From Mobula hypostoma (Eukaryota), in contig NC_086104.1 of the NCBI RefSeq assembly GCF_963921235.1, forward strand, positions 3,348,001 through 3,412,000: a DNA stretch of 64,000 bases, given 5' to 3'. The translations under genes and the position numbers were made by a program. Shown piece after piece: positions 61,300 through 64,000 of this stretch (position 1 is the stretch's first letter; each line of letters opens with the position of its first letter). The notes beneath the pieces are model-generated. The model was given only the letters and a program-made list of their open reading frames with translations, ran no database searches and was not told where the DNA came from.

Positions 61300-62190
61300 T
61301 CCTATCCCCCTACAAATCTAATTTAAACCCTCCCCAATAGCATTAACGAACCTCCCCAACAAGATATTGGTTCCCCTCGGATTCAAGTGCAACCCATCCT
61401 TTTTGTACAGGTCACACCTGCCCCAGAAGAGGGCCCAATGATCCAGAAATCGTAATCCCTTCCCTCTGCTCCAATCCTTCAGCCACACATTTATCCTCCA
61501 CCTCATTCTATTCCTATACTCACTGCCACGTGGCACAGGCAGTAATGCCGAAAATACTACCTTTGAGGTCCTGCTTCTCAGCTTCCTTCCTAACTCCCTG
61601 TAGTCTGCTTTCAGGTCCTCCTCCCTTTTTCTACCAATGTCCTTGGTACCAATATGTACCACGACCTCTGGCTGCTCACCGTCCCATTTAAGGATATTGT
61701 AGACGCACTCAGAAACATCACAACCCCAGCACCTGGGAGGCAAACTACCACCCTTGTTACTTTTTCATATCCACAGAATCGCCTATCTGTCCCCCTAACT
61801 ACAAAGTCCCCTATTAACACTGCCATCCTCTACCATTCCCTACCCTTCTGAGCCACAGGGCCAGACTCAGTGCCATAGGTACGCCCACTGTTGCTTCCCC
61901 CAGGTAGGTCATCTCCCTCAGCTGCACTCAAAATGGAGTACTTATTGTTAAGGAGGACAGCCACAGGGGTGCTCTCTACCACCTGATACCCTCCCTTCTC
62001 TCTCCTGATGGTCAGCCACTTATTGTCTTCTGTGGCCCTGGGTGACTACCTGCCTGTAGCTCATGTCTATCACCTCCTTACTCTCCCTAACAAGCTGAAG
62101 GTCATCGAGCTGCAGCTCCAGTTCCCTGACTTGTTCTCTGAGGAGCTGCAGCTCGATGCACCTGGCACAGATTTGGCCAACAATATTGTG
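61300..62190 (-). mobile_element. CR1 ORF1 (esterase) fragment
   Basis: LIGDFVVRG, VVHIGTKDIG and LHLNPRGT (ORFs 61318-61826). Confidence 0.88.
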
Positions 62191-62619
62191 CTTTCTGAAG
62201 CTTTATGTAAGTACAGCTGTGTAGCCCTAATTGTTTAATGCTATTGGGTCATGCCTTTCGGATGATACCAGTTGTAGATATTACTATTGGGACAATGTAT
62301 ACCCTGTTCATGTCCATAGACTTTCAATTTCCACTTTTAATTCAGCATATTTCTGGAGTTTTTCATTTACTGATTTCTGTACATTAGTGTGAGTAGAATG
62401 GTTATATCTATTTATAAGTGTTCTTGCTTGTTTATTCTGTAGTATTATATCCAGACAGTCATTATGGTCCGAATTGTCCTTCCTGCAATGTTATTATTCT
62501 TAGAGCTGGACACTGTGCAAAGGTGCTTTACTGAAAGCTCTGGAGAAGAGAACTCTGGCTGGTGATGGATTTAGAAGTTTATCCTGTATTATTATATCCA
62601 GACAGTTATTAACAGTATC

Positions 62620-62955
62620 GCAGCTGCCCAGTGGAGGTTGGTTGTAGGGGATTCGTAGCCCGTTCTTTAGTTAGAGCCTTCAGCATTTTGGGCATCGAGG
62701 GAGAGAGGAAGAGGAGAGCCATCCGCAGTACCACCGATGCAGCAGAGAGGGCCTCAGGATGGCTGTGGCTCAAAAGAGGGGAGCCATGGAGTCATAAGTA
62801 GCTAGCCATCTGGACACAAGCTGGGGTCTGATCAGACCCGGCTGGGTCACCTGGAGGAGGTTGTATGATGTTGAAAGACCCGAAACACCCGATGATTCCA
62901 GGAACATCACTGAAGATGTGTCCAGAAGCATCAATGGATGTATGTACACAGCAAC
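62620..62955 (+). mobile_element. 3' end of a restriction-like-endonuclease non-LTR element (HERO-like)
   Basis: 62625-62801 translates as CPVEVGCRGFVARSLVRAFSILGIEGERKRRAIRSTTDAAERASGWLWLKRGEPWSHK*, followed by the UTR ...TGATGTTGAAAGACCCGAAACACCC...ACATCACTGAAGATGTGTCC. Family assigned from recalled motifs. Confidence 0.78.
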
Positions 62956-62957
62956 AT

Positions 62958-64000
62958 AGAACATAGAATAGTACAGCACAGTACAGGCCCTTTGGCCCAC
63001 AATGATGTGCCGACCCTCAAACCCTGCCTCCCATATAAGCCCCCACCTTAGATTCCTCCATATACCTGTCTAGTAGTCTCTTGAACTTCACTAGTGTATC
63101 TGCCTCCACCACTGACTCAGGCAGTGCATTCCACACACCAACCACTCTTTGAATAAACAACCTTCCTCTAATATCCCCCTTGAATTTCCCACCCCTTACC
63201 TTAAAGCCATGTCCTCTTGTATTGAGTGGTGCCCTGGGGAAGAGGCACTGGCTATCCACTCTATCTATTCCTCTTATTATCTTGTACACCTCTATCATGT
63301 CTCCTCTCATCTTCCTTCTCTCCAAAGAGTAAAGCCCTAGCTCCCTTAATCTCTGATCATAATGCATACTCTCTAAACCAGGCAGCATCCTGGTAAATCT
63401 CCGCTGTACCCTTTCCAATGCTTCCACATCTATTCCTATAGTGACGTGACCAGAACTGGACACAGTACTCCAAGTGTGGCCGAACCAGAGTTTTATAGAG
63501 CTGCATCATTACATCGCGATTCTTAAACACCTCCAACCTTTGTGTCATCTGTAAACTTGTCAACCCACCCTTCTAACCCCACATCCAGGTCGTTCATAAA
63601 AATCACGAAAAGTAGAGGTCACAGAACAGATTCTTGTGGGACACCACTAGTCACAATCCTCCAATCTGAATGTACTCCCTCCACCATGACCCTCTGCCTT
63701 CTGCAGGCAAGCCAATTCTGAATCCACCTGGCCAAACTTCCCTGGATCCCATGCCTTCTGACTTTCTGAATAAGCCTACCATGTGGAACCTTGTCAAATG
63801 CCTTACTAAAATCCATATGGATCACATCCACTGCACTACCATCATCTATATGACTGGTCACCTCCTCAAAGAACTCTATCAAGCTTGTTAGACATGATCT
63901 GCCCTTCCCAAAGCCATGCTGACTGTCCCTGATCAGACCATGATTCTCTAAATGCCCAGAGATCCTATCTCTAAGAATCTTCTCCAACAGCTTTCCCACC
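62958..64000 (-). mobile_element. CR1 3' part with internal deletion, running off the window
   Basis: ORFs 63017-63999 (QHGFGKGRSC, HMDFSKAFDKV) and a (TATGTTC)n tail. Confidence 0.92.

Noticed and set aside
50249-64000. C1-domain, transmembrane or cytoplasmic exons of the VJ-VJ gene
   Set aside because: No CxxxxFYP or WxxNG-type exon or hydrophobic TM exon with splice sites was recognised. The region is almost entirely TE, so these exons probably lie beyond the window, or were missed.

Overview
Eukaryotic vertebrate DNA. The repeat landscape (CR1 LINEs with SGNH-esterase ORF1 and (TATGTTTC)n tails, Penelope, Rex1/Babar, Gmr1-type Gypsy) suggests a cartilaginous fish, probably a ray; this is inference only. 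Most of the window is nested, mostly dead transposon sequence, and nearly all long ORFs in the track are CR1, L1, RTE or Gypsy proteins or their antisense shadows. One host gene is visible on the + strand. A 52-nt signal-peptide exon (24000-24051) splices in phase 1 to two V-set immunoglobulin exons (34321-34683 and 49904-50248). Each V exon carries its own germline-fused J-like segment (F/D-G-N-G-T-Q-L-x-V-T), and neither has a recombination signal. This reads as a non-rearranging, antigen-receptor-like L-VJ-VJ gene whose C, TM and cytoplasmic exons were not found in the window. Around it are a GAS + PU-box promoter, a 24-nt minisatellite made from the leader's own splice donor, a decayed duplicate of V1 and a decoy duplicate of the V2 acceptor. 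Other notable elements are Penelope-derived minimal hammerhead ribozyme motifs (two in sense orientation inside the gene's introns), a deeply nested Gmr1-like retrotransposon, a tRNA/RTE bipartite SINE with a 16-bp TSD, and RTE and HERO fragments. All coordinates were read by eye; TE boundaries without a TSD are approximate. No database search was run.
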